Shown: positions 35,207-45,417, counted from the stretch's first letter. The stretch is 64,000 bases of DNA from an uncultured Chloroflexia bacterium (GCA_963752475.1 CAVVYR010000006.1:256001-320000), one strand, 5' to 3'. The notes: generated by a model from the letters alone, not told the origin. Numbers and translations are program-made.

Positions 35207-37699
35207 ATGCGATTGCCCAACGTGAGCCTCCCGCGCCGCCCCCGCTCCGGCCTCTTCGGTGATGCCCGGCTGATCCGTCTCAGGCTGTGGTTGGCCATGC
35301 TCGGCTTGGCCGTCCTGCCGATGGTCGGCGTCATCTACCTCATGGGTGCGCTCACCAGCGACGAGCCGCCCAGTGGCGCCGAGCTCTACGGGTGGGAGAC
35401 CTCGGCCGCGGCCGCTGACCTCGCCGCAGCGGAACGCGCGGTCGAGTCGCGCCTGCTGGCGGTCGCCGCTGACGTCGACCTGCGCAAGCTCGTCGATGGT
35501 GTCAGCGGTAGCGCTGAGCGCGCCACGGCCACGAAAGTCATCTCGATGCTGGAGATGGGTGACGAGGGCCTCATCGAGGGCCTCTGTCTCACGCGCACGC
35601 TCGATGGCTCACAGGTGTCCATCAGCGTCCCCAGCGGGGACTCGATCGGCACCGATGCCTGTGGCTCGACGGCGCTGATCGACGCAGCGCTCGCCACCCC
35701 GCCCGGCGGCGTGGCCCGGGGTACGACCTACGGATCCGACCGCACGCGCCGCCTCATCATCGCCACCGAGATCATCGGTGCCGCGCGCCGCAACACCGGC
35801 GTGGTCAGCGCGGAGATCAGCCTGCGTGACCTTTTCGCGGCCACGCCCAGCGCCGCCGGTCTGGGCACCAGCGCTGCGCTCGTAGACATGGCCAACAACA
35901 CCATCGTGGCGGGCGCACGTACCGACTCGGTCGTCTCTGGCAGCGACATCGAGGGCACTCGCCCGCTGGGCAACCTGCGAGTGCGTGTCAACGGCATCGT
36001 CACCGGCCACGAGGGCACCGCCGACGCGCTTGCCGACGCGGGCTGGGCCGCCACCGCCGCGCCGCTCTTCGAGTCCGACGACGGAGCGCGCTTCGGGCTC
36101 ATCCATATCTGGCCGGCCGCGCCGGCGGCGTCGGGCGACCCACTGGTATTCGTGCTGATCGGCTTCGCCCTCGTGGTGGTGCTGGTGACGGTCGTGGTGG
36201 CTCGCACGTTCCTGCAGCCGTTCGACGACCTGGCCGAGTCGCAGGCACAGCTGGAGGTGCTCTACCGCGAGGCACGTGAGGACTCCCTCCACGACGGACT
36301 CACCGGCCTCGGCAACCACCGTTCGTTCCAGGAGGAGCTCGACCGACAGCTCGATCTGTTCCGTCGCCACCAGGTGCCGATCGCGCTGCTGCTGATCGAC
36401 CTCGACGACCTCAAGGTCGTCAACGACAACGAGGGCCATCCGGCCGGCGACAAGCTGCTGCTGGGGATGGCTGGCGCCATCCGTGACACGCTGCGCTACG
36501 GCGACCGCGCCTTCCGCATCGGTGGTGACGAGTTCGCCGTGCTGTTGCCGCATACCGATGCCGACGAAGCGCTCATCGCGGCCAACCGGCTGCGCCACTT
36601 CTGCCTACGACCGGCAGCCGGTGAGCGGGTCATCCCGTTCTCCGGCGGCATCTCCTCGGTGCCGCAGCTGACCTCGGACCGCAACGAGCTCTTCCGTCAG
36701 GCCGACGCGGCACTCTATCGCTGCAAGCGCGGCGGCCGAGGCACGGTGGCGGTCTTCGATGCCGATCGCGACCTCGTGCCCGAGGACAACCACGGCGCCG
36801 GCTCGGCCACAGCCGTCCGTGACATCGTCCGCTCGCGCAACCTCAAGCCTGTCTATCAGCCTATCGTCGACCTGAGCGACGGTTCGGTCCTTGGCTTCGA
36901 GGGCCTCATCCGGCCGGGTGCCTCGTCGCCCTTCTCCAATCCCGGCCAGCTCTTCGCCGCGGCCGCCGCCGCGGGCCGCACGTCGGAGCTCGACCTGGCC
37001 TGCTTCGAGGTCGTGGCGGCTGGGGCCGCACAGATCGATCCCCAGAAGGTCGTGACCATCAACCTCAGTCCGCAGACGCTGGAGCTCGAGGACTTCTCCT
37101 CCTCCTGGCTGCTGGAGATCCTGTCGCGCTACGAGATCAGCCCTGGTCGCGTCATCGTGGAGCTGACCGAGCGCGAGGCCATCACCGACCTCGATCGGCT
37201 CCGTCGCAACGTGGCCTCCCTACAGCGCGCCGGCGTCCGGCTCGCGGCCGACGACGTCGGTGCCGGCAACGCCGGCCTGCGCCTGCTCAGCCAGGTGCGT
37301 TTCGACATCATGAAGATCGACCTTTCGCTGGTGCAGGACGGTGCCCAGCACGAGTCCTCGCGCGCGGTCGTGCGCTCGCTCATGGACCTGGCCGCGCGCC
37401 AGGGTGCCGTGGCCATCGCCGAGGGCCTCGAGACCGCCGAGCAGCTGCGCTCGCTACGTGAGCTGGGCATCACCACCGGCCAGGGCTATCTGCTGGGCCG
37501 GCCGGGCAACAACCTCGGCCTGACCTCGGTCGATATCGAGGCCCTGGCCACGGGCACGCTCATCGTCGACGCCGGGCCGGCCAGGCCGGCTCCTGCGCCC
37601 AACGTCCCCTCGGCCACGACCACTCCACCGCCACCGCCACCGCCGGAGAGCGGTCCCAGGATGGCCGGTGACGACGCGCTCGAGAGGACTCCCGTCTAG
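35207..37699 (+). CDS. Membrane-anchored GGDEF-EAL protein
   Basis: Two TM segments around an extracytoplasmic domain; DGLTGLGN, GGDEF, YQPIV..EGL, DDVGAG and EGLET...QGY. Confidence 0.93.
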   Translation: MRLPNVSLPRRPRSGLFGDARLIRLRLWLAMLGLAVLPMVGVIYLMGALTSDEPPSGAELYGWETSAAAADLAAAERAVESRLLAVAADVDLRKLVDGVSGSAERATATKVISMLEMGDEGLIEGLCLTRTLDGSQVSISVPSGDSIGTDACGSTALIDAALATPPGGVARGTTYGSDRTRRLIIATEIIGAARRNTGVVSAEISLRDLFAATPSAAGLGTSAALVDMANNTIVAGARTDSVVSGSDIEGTRPLGNLRVRVNGIVTGHEGTADALADAGWAATAAPLFESDDGARFGLIHIWPAAPAASGDPLVFVLIGFALVVVLVTVVVARTFLQPFDDLAESQAQLEVLYREAREDSLHDGLTGLGNHRSFQEELDRQLDLFRRHQVPIALLLIDLDDLKVVNDNEGHPAGDKLLLGMAGAIRDTLRYGDRAFRIGGDEFAVLLPHTDADEALIAANRLRHFCLRPAAGERVIPFSGGISSVPQLTSDRNELFRQADAALYRCKRGGRGTVAVFDADRDLVPEDNHGAGSATAVRDIVRSRNLKPVYQPIVDLSDGSVLGFEGLIRPGASSPFSNPGQLFAAAAAAGRTSELDLACFEVVAAGAAQIDPQKVVTINLSPQTLELEDFSSSWLLEILSRYEISPGRVIVELTEREAITDLDRLRRNVASLQRAGVRLAADDVGAGNAGLRLLSQVRFDIMKIDLSLVQDGAQHESSRAVVRSLMDLAARQGAVAIAEGLETAEQLRSLRELGITTGQGYLLGRPGNNLGLTSVDIEALATGTLIVDAGPARPAPAPNVPSATTTPPPPPPPESGPRMAGDDALERTPV

Positions 37700-37716
37700 C
37701 GCCCTACACTCGCTGC

Positions 37717-38544
37717 GTGGAGACGCAGCAGATCATCCAGAGCCTCAGCTACGTCACGTGGGTCCTGCTGGGCGGCCTCGCCCTCGGCAGCTTCGCCCTG
37801 ACGTGGTGGTTGAGGCAGACCACCGACGCGACCGCCGGCTTCCTCGGCTTCAGCGCCATCCTCGCCGCCGTCTTCGGCCTTGGCTGGCTGATGGTGGAGT
37901 GGGGCCTGCCCGACCCGGTGGACCTGGAGATCGGCTACCTCGAGGAGTTGAACGAGCCGCGCCGGGCAGCCATCGCGGTCTTCTCCCTGCTCTCGCTGGC
38001 GGCGGGCATACGCCTGCGACGTGGGGGTCGGGCACGATGGCTCGGTGCCCTGGCCACGATCGCTGGTCTGACCGCGCTCTTCCTCGGCGCCTGGAGCTGG
38101 GGCGAGGGCGAGGCGATCTCGGTCTCGATCTTCGTCCAGCTGGTGGCGCTCTCGGCCGTGACCGGTGGCTCGCTGGCGGCGGTCGTGCTGGCGCACTGGT
38201 ACCTGGTCACGCCCAAGATCTCCGAGCGACCGCTCATCGTCACGACCCGACTGTTGATGCTGGTGCTCGTGATCCAGCTGCTCCTCTTCGGCGTCTGGAC
38301 CGCGGCCGGCATCCCCGACTTCGAGCCCTTCGAGGTCCTCACCGGCGACAATCTCGTCTTCGTGTGGCTGCGTCTGATCGTGGGCCTGGCGGCGCCGCTG
38401 GTGCTGACGTGGATGGCCTGGCGCACGGCTATCACGCGCTCGATGGAGTCGGCCACGGGCCTGCTCTACATCGAGTTCGCGCTGGTCATGGCCTCCACCA
38501 TCGTGGCTGCGGGGCTCTTGTTCGGAGAGGGCATGCTGGTCTGA
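37717..38544 (+). CDS. Multi-pass membrane protein
   Basis: About 8 hydrophobic segments; LAHWYLVTP and SATGLLY motifs; 2 nt before moaX. Confidence 0.8.
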   Translation: METQQIIQSLSYVTWVLLGGLALGSFALTWWLRQTTDATAGFLGFSAILAAVFGLGWLMVEWGLPDPVDLEIGYLEELNEPRRAAIAVFSLLSLAAGIRLRRGGRARWLGALATIAGLTALFLGAWSWGEGEAISVSIFVQLVALSAVTGGSLAAVVLAHWYLVTPKISERPLIVTTRLLMLVLVIQLLLFGVWTAAGIPDFEPFEVLTGDNLVFVWLRLIVGLAAPLVLTWMAWRTAITRSMESATGLLYIEFALVMASTIVAAGLLFGEGMLV

Positions 38545-38546
38545 CG

Positions 38547-39311
38547 ATGCGTGTCACCGTTCGCCTCTTCGCGCTGCAACGAGCCCAGACCGGACTGCGT
38601 ACCCATGATCTCGAGCTGCCGGACGGATCGGACGTGGCCGGCGCCTGGAAGGCGCTCGTGGCCGACCTGCCGGCCATCGCCGCAGCCGAGGGCGTGGTGC
38701 GCTTCGCGCGCAACGGCAGCTACGTCGATACGACCGAGCCGCTGGCTGATGGCGACGAGCTGGCGGTCATCCCGCCGGTCGCTGGTGGAGCCGACTCGCC
38801 CGGCCGCTACCGACGCCTTGAGATCACCGAGGCGTCGCTCGATGAGGGCTTGCTCGCCGAGTTGCATGGGGCGGTCGCAAGCGATGCCGACGGGGCCGTA
38901 GCCGTGTTCGCCGGCCAGACGCGCGAGACGCCCGGAACGCCGGCACCGGGCCAGGAGACCGAGGCCGAACGTTTCGCGGGCCAGGTCGTCACGGGCCTGA
39001 CGTATGAGGTCTTCGAGCCCATGGCCGTGTCGGTGCTCGAGGAGATCGCCGACGAGATCGAGGCGCGCTTCGGCGTTCGCCGACTGGCGGTCGTGCACCG
39101 GGTCGGTGAGGTCGACGTCGGGCAGTCGAGCGTGCTCATCGTGGTCGCCTCGCCGCATCGTACGGAGGCTTTCGAGGCCTGCCGCTACGCCATCGAAGAG
39201 CTCAAGGCGCGAGCACCGATCTGGAAGAGCGAACGCTTCGCCGACGGCTCGGTCTGGCTCGGTTCGCGCGCACGGCACGGTCCGGAGGGCACCCCCATCG
39301 CCGACGACTAG
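38547..39311 (+). CDS. moaX: Fused molybdopterin synthase MoaD-MoaE (MoaX type)
   Basis: MRVTVRLFA...DGDELAVIPPVAGG (MoaD) followed by HRVG, SPHRTEAFEAC and LKARAPIWKSE (MoaE). Confidence 0.88.
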   Translation: MRVTVRLFALQRAQTGLRTHDLELPDGSDVAGAWKALVADLPAIAAAEGVVRFARNGSYVDTTEPLADGDELAVIPPVAGGADSPGRYRRLEITEASLDEGLLAELHGAVASDADGAVAVFAGQTRETPGTPAPGQETEAERFAGQVVTGLTYEVFEPMAVSVLEEIADEIEARFGVRRLAVVHRVGEVDVGQSSVLIVVASPHRTEAFEACRYAIEELKARAPIWKSERFADGSVWLGSRARHGPEGTPIADD

Positions 39312-39348
39312 CCTCTCCCGCGGGGCTCTAGCCTCTCCCGCGGGGCTC
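39308..39348 (+). repeat. Perfect 20-bp tandem duplication at the moaX stop
   Basis: CTAGCCTCTCCCGCGGGGCT twice. Confidence 0.95.
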
Positions 39349-39459
39349 GGGGACGACCAAGCGAAGGTCACGCGGAGCGACGTCACGACGATCCCATATG
39401 CTGCGCCCCACAGGGACGGTACCCGCTTGGCGGCGTCGTTGAACGGGCGGGGAGATCCG

Positions 39460-39760
39460 GCGGGCGTGACCTTGTGGACATCTGTCGCCACCACCGACCG
39501 TAGACCTACTCGTAGTCATCGCCGGTGCATGTGAGCAGACATCAGCCGCACTTCCCGAGCGGGTGTGGGCATAGCCGGCGAACGCAGAGGCGGCCGAGGG
39601 CATCGACCGCGACCAGATCGTGGGAGTAACGTCGGGCCGGACGACGGATGGCCACAAGGAGCGACCGGATCGGTCGTTGGCGTCGATGGGGACGACGCCT
39701 GACCACGAGCGCCCGCAAGTTGCCGCCCGAGGGCGGTGTGTCCGCGCGCAAGGAGCCGGG
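39460..39760 (+). repeat. Dispersed REPIN/MITE-like element, copy B (boundaries approximate)
   Basis: CTTGTGGACA (39471), CTCGTAGTCA (39509), TGGGCATAGCCGGC (39566); inverted boxes TGGCCACAAG (39649) and TGACCACGAG (39700). Confidence 0.75.
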
Positions 39761-39798
39761 ACTAGGCTGTTCAGCCGAACCCGGCTACGATTCAGCTC

Positions 39799-40479
39799 AT
39801 GACCGATCCCGCACGCCGAGCCAAGCCCGTCGGGCCGCCGCCGCCCGGCAGTCCGCAGCAGCCTCCGCCCTCGGGCGGCACGTACCAGCAGCCACCTCCG
39901 CCCTCGGGCGGCACGTACCAGCAGCCACCGCCCGGCCCAGCCGGGTCCGGTTCGTACCAGGCGCCCCCCGGGCAGCCGTACATGCGTGTCTATCGCTGGG
40001 ACTCCAGCCGCGGCTCGTTCCCCTGGTTCGCCATCCTGCTGCTGGTGCTGGGCGTCGGCCTGCTCATCGAGATCCTCATCCCCGACCTCTCGTTCGGCTC
40101 GCTGCTCATCCTGGCGGCCGGCCTGGCCTTCGGGGCCGCCTGGCTCTGGGGCCGCATCGTCGGTGCCACCATGCCCGCGCTCGTGCTCACGGCCTGGGGC
40201 CTCGCTTCGGTGGGCCGCGACTTCGATGTGCTCGTGGGCGACGGCTGGAACACGCTCTTCATCGGCATCGCCTTCCTCATCGGCTGGGGGCTCGGTCGGT
40301 TCCAGCACGTGCGCCGCGAGTACGCGCTCTGGATCGGTGTGGTGCTCGGGGTCATCGGCCTGGCCGATACCTCGGACGCGCTGCCCTTCGACTTGAGCTT
40401 CGCGGTCATCATCCCGCTGGTGATGATCGGCCTCGGCTTCTACTACATCTGGCAGAGCCGCCTGTGGGAGCGCCGCTAG
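39799..40479 (+). CDS. Membrane protein with Pro/Gln-rich repetitive N-terminus
   Basis: QQPPP(P)SGGTY repeats, then about 6 TM segments. Confidence 0.82.
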   Translation: MTDPARRAKPVGPPPPGSPQQPPPSGGTYQQPPPPSGGTYQQPPPGPAGSGSYQAPPGQPYMRVYRWDSSRGSFPWFAILLLVLGVGLLIEILIPDLSFGSLLILAAGLAFGAAWLWGRIVGATMPALVLTAWGLASVGRDFDVLVGDGWNTLFIGIAFLIGWGLGRFQHVRREYALWIGVVLGVIGLADTSDALPFDLSFAVIIPLVMIGLGFYYIWQSRLWERR

Positions 40480-41231
40480 CCCAGGTAGCGCCGTTCGGGA
40501 TCGAGCACCTCGCGCATCAGGCGCAGCTCCTCAGCACTGGGCGGAGGCGTTTCGCCCAGATCGGCTGCCGCGCGCACTTGCCACTCCATGGCCGCGTGGA
40601 CGTCTTCGAGCGTGTGGCCGGCATGGATGGTGTCGAGACGCATCTCCCCGTCATCGTCGAAGTGGTACACACCCAGGTCGGTGACCACGACCGACGGACC
40701 ACGCGGGTGCCCGGGTGAGTTGCCGGGCGAGGTGCGGAAGTCGATCTGCTCGACGAACGAGCGCCGTGATTGGCGCATGACCACGAAGACCTGGTGGCTG
40801 TGGAGGGCGATCTCGTTGGCGCCGCCCGAGCCCGGCAGCCGCACCTTGGGCGTGGCGTAGTCGCCGATGACCGTGGAGTTGATGTTGCCGAAGCGGTCGA
40901 TCTGGGCCGCGCCCAGGAAACCCACGTCTACCAGCCCGCGCTGGAGATAGAGCCCGAAGAGGTCGACCTGCGACATCACCGCCAGCGACCCCGTGACGAT
41001 GGTGGGGTCGCCGATCGAGAGCGGCAGGCGCGCCGGCTGGGCCCCGTACGCGCCGGCCTCGTAGATGAGGATGAGGTCCGGGGCCACCGTGTGGAGCGCG
41101 AGGTTGACCGCGATGTTGGGCAACCCGATGCCCACGAAACAGACGCGCTGTCCGGCCAGCTCGCGCGCGGCGGCCGCGATCATCATCTCGTTGGGCGTGT
41201 AGCCGGCGTGATCGTGGACGATCTCGTTCAT
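40476..41231 (-). CDS. Family I CoA-transferase beta subunit (GctB/CatJ-like)
   Basis: FVGIGLP, YEAG, GFLGAAQIDRFGNIN and RLPGSGGA. Confidence 0.9.
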   Translation of the reverse strand: MNEIVHDHAGYTPNEMMIAAAARELAGQRVCFVGIGLPNIAVNLALHTVAPDLILIYEAGAYGAQPARLPLSIGDPTIVTGSLAVMSQVDLFGLYLQRGLVDVGFLGAAQIDRFGNINSTVIGDYATPKVRLPGSGGANEIALHSHQVFVVMRQSRRSFVEQIDFRTSPGNSPGHPRGPSVVVTDLGVYHFDDDGEMRLDTIHAGHTLEDVHAAMEWQVRAAADLGETPPPSAEELRLMREVLDPERRYLG

Positions 41232-42148
41232 CGGTACTCGCCATAGTCGATGGGGCCGGCCAGGGCCGTGCCCGAGGGGCGGATGCGGTCCGTCACCGCA
41301 GGCCCGAGCTTGGTCATGTACTCGGCACGACCAGCCACGCCGTGGACGTACTCATCGAGCCAGGTCGCGGTGGCGGCAGGGTCGCGGCCGATGGCATCCC
41401 AGTCGACGTAGAAGGTGTTGTCGCGGTCGTAATAGCCCTGGGCGAACGAGGGATGCGCCCCGTAGGGCTCCACGACCACGGCGTCGACGATATGTCCGGG
41501 CAGCACCGTACGGTTGGGGTCGGCCCGGATGACCGCTTCCTCGACCAGCTCCTCGACCACCACGATGACGCGCTCGGCGGCGAAGGCGCACTCCTTCTGC
41601 GAGCCCAGCAGGCCCCAGACCTGGGTGTCGCCGGCGGCGTCTGCCCGTTGCGCGTGGATGATGGTCACGTCGGGGTTCAGCGGCGGGACGACGTAGATGG
41701 TCTCGCCGTCATACGGGGAGACGACCGGCTGGATGCGAGGGTTGGCCCTGGGCATGTCCGTGCCGGTGTAGCTGCGCAGCGGGTAGAAGGGCATGTTGGC
41801 CGCGCCGGCGGTGTAACGCCCGACCATGCCGAAGTGGCTGTACTCCTCGATCTCGAGTGCGGGTTCGGGACCCTCGGTCACACGCCTGATGGCGTGGAGG
41901 CTGCCGACACCGGGGTTGCCGAGCCAGCCGAAGACGAGCTTGCGCGCGACGCCGGCCGCGATCATCTGGTCGTAGATGACGTCGGGCGTCATGCGGATGA
42001 GGGTCAGATCGCGCCGCCCTTGGCGGATGATCTCGTGTCCCGCGGCGAAACCGATCAGATGCGTGAAGCCCTCGATGGCCACGCTGTCCCCATCCCGTAC
42101 CAGCTCGGCGACGGCGTCACGCATGCTGGTCACCTTCGACCCGGTCAC
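41228..42148 (-). CDS. Family I CoA-transferase alpha subunit (GctA/CatI-like)
   Basis: IEGFTHL, HEIIRQ, HAQRAD and GAHPS..QGYYDRD. Confidence 0.9.
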   Translation of the reverse strand: MTGSKVTSMRDAVAELVRDGDSVAIEGFTHLIGFAAGHEIIRQGRRDLTLIRMTPDVIYDQMIAAGVARKLVFGWLGNPGVGSLHAIRRVTEGPEPALEIEEYSHFGMVGRYTAGAANMPFYPLRSYTGTDMPRANPRIQPVVSPYDGETIYVVPPLNPDVTIIHAQRADAAGDTQVWGLLGSQKECAFAAERVIVVVEELVEEAVIRADPNRTVLPGHIVDAVVVEPYGAHPSFAQGYYDRDNTFYVDWDAIGRDPAATATWLDEYVHGVAGRAEYMTKLGPAVTDRIRPSGTALAGPIDYGEYR

Positions 42149-42187
42149 GCCTCCATCGTAGCGCTCAGCGAGCGTCCGATGGCGGTC

Positions 42188-43078
42188 CTACAGCGGCTGG
42201 CTGGCCTCCCACAGGGCATCCTCGAGTTCGTCCACGGTGATGGCGCCTTCGAACTTGGCTCGGACCAGGCCCTCGGCGTCGATGACGATGACGTAGGGCT
42301 CCGTGCGCAGGCCGTAGCGCTCCGTCCAGGGCGCCGACTGCAGCGCGCCGTCGTCCGAGAGCATCGGCTGCAGGTAGCCGTCCTTCTCCCACATGAGGTA
42401 CGGCTCGACATGGACGAAGTTGACGTCATCGGGATGGCTGGCCGCGACCTCCTTGACCTTCTCGATGGTCGGGCCGCAGGTGGCCGTCTGGCAGAAGGCC
42501 GGGGTCACGAACGAGATGACCGCGGACTTGTCGGCTTCGATGGCATCGAGGATCGACAGGTCGTAGAAGCGGGCCACCGGATCGGGGTCGCTGGAGATCC
42601 GCGCCAGGTCGCCGTCGACGTCCGCGGCGGTGGGCGTGTCGATGAGCGGGGCCGGGCTGCCGATGGCCGGGGTCGAACTCTCCTCCCAGACCTGGTAGCG
42701 CTGCGGCGTGAGCTCGGTCGAGCCGTCGGGGAAGGTCACCTGGAAGAGCGTGCCCCACTCCCCGGAGTGGGGGAAGGTGACGTCTGCGGCGTAGAGGCCG
42801 CGCAGGTCCTCGATGGCCCAGATGAAGCGAGAGTCGGCACTGAACACGACCTTCTCGGGGTCGGCTTCGAGGTCGTAGAAGGCCAGCTCTACTTCGACGT
42901 CAGGAGCGGCCAGGAGCCCTCCGGCCCCATCGGTCAAGGTGAAGAGGAAGCGGTTCTCGCCGACCGCGATCTCCGACGAGGCTAGCCGTGCGATGACGCT
43001 GGGGTCCGACTGGGCCGCGGCCGGTGCGGCGGCGAGCGTCAGCAGCAGGGCCGACGTGAGGGCGATCGATCGTTTCAT
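42188..43078 (-). CDS. Secreted thioredoxin-fold protein
   Basis: Signal peptide; TPAFCQTATCGP, HVEPY and TEP..VID. Confidence 0.8.
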   Translation of the reverse strand: MKRSIALTSALLLTLAAAPAAAQSDPSVIARLASSEIAVGENRFLFTLTDGAGGLLAAPDVEVELAFYDLEADPEKVVFSADSRFIWAIEDLRGLYAADVTFPHSGEWGTLFQVTFPDGSTELTPQRYQVWEESSTPAIGSPAPLIDTPTAADVDGDLARISSDPDPVARFYDLSILDAIEADKSAVISFVTPAFCQTATCGPTIEKVKEVAASHPDDVNFVHVEPYLMWEKDGYLQPMLSDDGALQSAPWTERYGLRTEPYVIVIDAEGLVRAKFEGAITVDELEDALWEASQPL

Positions 43079-43189
43079 CGAGGCGAAGCCTACGACGTCC
43101 TCTCGGAACTCGCCGTGCTCGGCCTCACAGGCAAGCCGGCGCGGCGGCAGTGACCGGGGCGCCTCTTCCCCGGTCACTGCCGTCGCCGG

Positions 43190-44596
43190 TCAGTCGACGT
43201 TCACCAGCCGGCTGTGACCAGCGAGCTGAGCCACGGCCTTCTTGAAGACCTCGGAGAGGTCCGTGCTGGCGCCTGACGTCTTGGGAAGGCAGTAGTAGTT
43301 GTCACCGTCGTCGTTCTCGGTGCCGGGGCAGCCGTTGTCGTTGCTCGAGTCGGTGGCCATGGCTGCGAGCAGGTCCGGAGCCGAGTCGTTGACCCAGCTG
43401 CCGGTCGTGTCCTGGCAGATATGGTCCTGCTCGACGTCGAGGCCGAAGCCGACGGTGTAGATCTCGATGCCCTTGTCCTTGGCTGCCTTGGCCGCATCGA
43501 ACGCGTCCTCGCAGTAGTTCCTGGTCGACTTGACCGAGGGCGTGGCCGAGTTGTTGGGCTTGCCATCGCTCAGCAGCAGGATGGCCTTGACCGCGCCATC
43601 GCGGCCATACGTCTCGAGCTCGTGGGTGGCCATGCGCACGGGATCGGCGATGTCGGTGCCCTGGCCGCTGGAGTTGTCGAAGCAGGCGATGGCCTGGGCC
43701 ATGGCGCTGCTGTCGGAGGTGTAGTCGGCCTCGAAGCTGGCGCCCTGGCCGGTGAGCCCGACCGGCACCCACTCACGCAGGCCGCTCGCGGGATCGGTCG
43801 TCCAGCCGTCAGCGTTGTTGGCCTTGGCGGTGCAACCACCCGTGGTCTGGCTGCGATGGAGCAGGCTCAGGCCCATCCACTGCAGGCGGGGGTCGTACTC
43901 CTCGCGCACCGCGTCGGCGGCGGCCCGGGCGTTCTCGGTGTCCACGCCGCTCATCGAACCGGTGCGGTCGAGGATGATGACGAGATCGACGGGGATCTCG
44001 GGTGGCTCGCCGCAGGCGCCCTTGCAGGCAGCCGCGGTGCGGGCGCCCGTGGTGCCCTCGAAGATGCCCAGGACGGGGGCGAAGTTGTAGTCCACGGTGG
44101 CGGGGCTACTGACTACGAGCGTGTTGCAGACGTGGCCCAGATCGGGGTCGCAGGTGGCGTAGGCGGTGTCGCCCTCGACCGTCCACGAGGCACTCGGGCC
44201 CGGGTCGCACACGGTCGGTACGTCGGTCGTGCGGGCGGTGCCGCCCTCCGCGCCGATGAGGCAACGGAAGTCCACCTCCACGTCCGAGTCCGGCAGGCCT
44301 TCGGGGTAGTTGAGCTGGACGTAGTCGCGAGCCGTCTGTTCGGCGGCAGCGGGGTCGTCCTTGAGCAGGCCGACGCCGGCGAGGGCACCCGCGTCGAGCG
44401 CGTTGTAGAGGTCGAAGTTGGCCTTTCGCAGCAGGCCCTGGTCGAGCACGAGGGCCGCGGCGCCCATGATGACCGTGAGGAAGATGGCGAAGATGACGAG
44501 CGCCTGGCCGCCCTGGCGGCTACGAACGCGCTGGCTGCCCTCTTCGGGCGGCCGGTTGGAGATGGTGCCCCTGCGGGCCCAGTAGCGGAAGTTCAC
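43190..44596 (-). CDS. TadG-like pilus-associated protein with VWA domain
   Basis: RQGGQALVIFA prepilin-like N-terminus, LDAGALAG, MIDAS motif DRTGS and LLSDG; Cys-rich. Confidence 0.85.
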   Translation of the reverse strand: MNFRYWARRGTISNRPPEEGSQRVRSRQGGQALVIFAIFLTVIMGAAALVLDQGLLRKANFDLYNALDAGALAGVGLLKDDPAAAEQTARDYVQLNYPEGLPDSDVEVDFRCLIGAEGGTARTTDVPTVCDPGPSASWTVEGDTAYATCDPDLGHVCNTLVVSSPATVDYNFAPVLGIFEGTTGARTAAACKGACGEPPEIPVDLVIILDRTGSMSGVDTENARAAADAVREEYDPRLQWMGLSLLHRSQTTGGCTAKANNADGWTTDPASGLREWVPVGLTGQGASFEADYTSDSSAMAQAIACFDNSSGQGTDIADPVRMATHELETYGRDGAVKAILLLSDGKPNNSATPSVKSTRNYCEDAFDAAKAAKDKGIEIYTVGFGLDVEQDHICQDTTGSWVNDSAPDLLAAMATDSSNDNGCPGTENDDGDNYYCLPKTSGASTDLSEVFKKAVAQLAGHSRLVNVD

Positions 44597-44707
44597 GTCG
44601 ATCGTCCTTCGTGGTGGTGGCGAGCCGGGGAGGAGAGGGCCGGCTCGCCGTGGCGTCGGTTCGCTGCCTCGCGGAGGAACGCCGTGCCGAAGGAGCGGGG
44701 TCGGGAG

Positions 44708-45175
44708 CTACTCGATGCGCATCTTCAATTCCGAGGAGAGCGGGATCTCGGTGCCGAAGAGGACGGGGAAGAAGACCGAGTACTTGTAGTCGACGGTCAC
44801 CTTGGTCGCGTCACCGGGCAGCCACATCGGGTTGGTGCAGTTGGTGAAGCCGCTGCCCGACGGGCGCTCGCAGGTGACGGTCACGTCGAGCTTGCTGGCG
44901 TCGAGGTTGCCGGCCATCTCGCGGACACGGTCCTCGATGGCGTTGGTGTTGCCCGGGTCGATGACGCCGAGTCGGGCACCTTCGCGGGCCGCGTTGACCA
45001 GCGTCAGGTCGGAGTAGATGCCGAGTCCGAAGTCGAACATCCCGGCCACGACGAGGAAGAAGACGGGCAGGATGATGGCGAACTCGACGAGCGCCTGGCC
45101 GCGGCCGCGCTCACGCTTCTGATCGGTTGTGGCAACGACGTCGTCGCGTCGCTCCTGGGCGGTGGTGGCACGCAT
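44708..45175 (-). CDS. tadE: TadE family pseudopilin
   Basis: RGQALVEFA...NAAREGAR. Confidence 0.9.
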   Translation of the reverse strand: MRATTAQERRDDVVATTDQKRERGRGQALVEFAIILPVFFLVVAGMFDFGLGIYSDLTLVNAAREGARLGVIDPGNTNAIEDRVREMAGNLDASKLDVTVTCERPSGSGFTNCTNPMWLPGDATKVTVDYKYSVFFPVLFGTEIPLSSELKMRIE

Positions 45176-45263
45176 CGCGTTCCTCCGACTTGCCCCCTGA
45201 GAGAAGGGTGCGCCCTGGCCGGAGGCTTCGCGATGTCGTCTCGCGTCGCCGGAGAGGTTCCAG

Positions 45264-45417
45264 CCCTGACGTCAGGGGGGAGGCAGTACCGAAGTTCTAG
45301 CAGTGAAGTACTAGACCGGGAAGGACCACCAACCGCACAAGAGGGCACTCATTCGCCGAAACGGTGCGCCGGCGAACCGCGCCGACGCCCGATTCCGGGA
45401 TCGAGGACTAGTACTTC
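45264..45417. promoter_or_regulatory. Repeated GAAGTWCTAG boxes and a palindrome upstream of tadE
   Basis: GAAGTTCTAG (45291), GAAGTACTAG (45305), inverted CTAGTACTTC (45408); palindrome CCCTGACGTCAGGG (45264-45277). Confidence 0.55.

Noticed and set aside
45181-45270. c-di-GMP-I riboswitch upstream of tadE (GCGAAGCCTCCGGCC on the minus strand)
   Set aside because: Only a short similarity; the GGCAAA/GNRA P2 arm and the 3' consensus were not found. An Infernal search with RF01051 would settle it.
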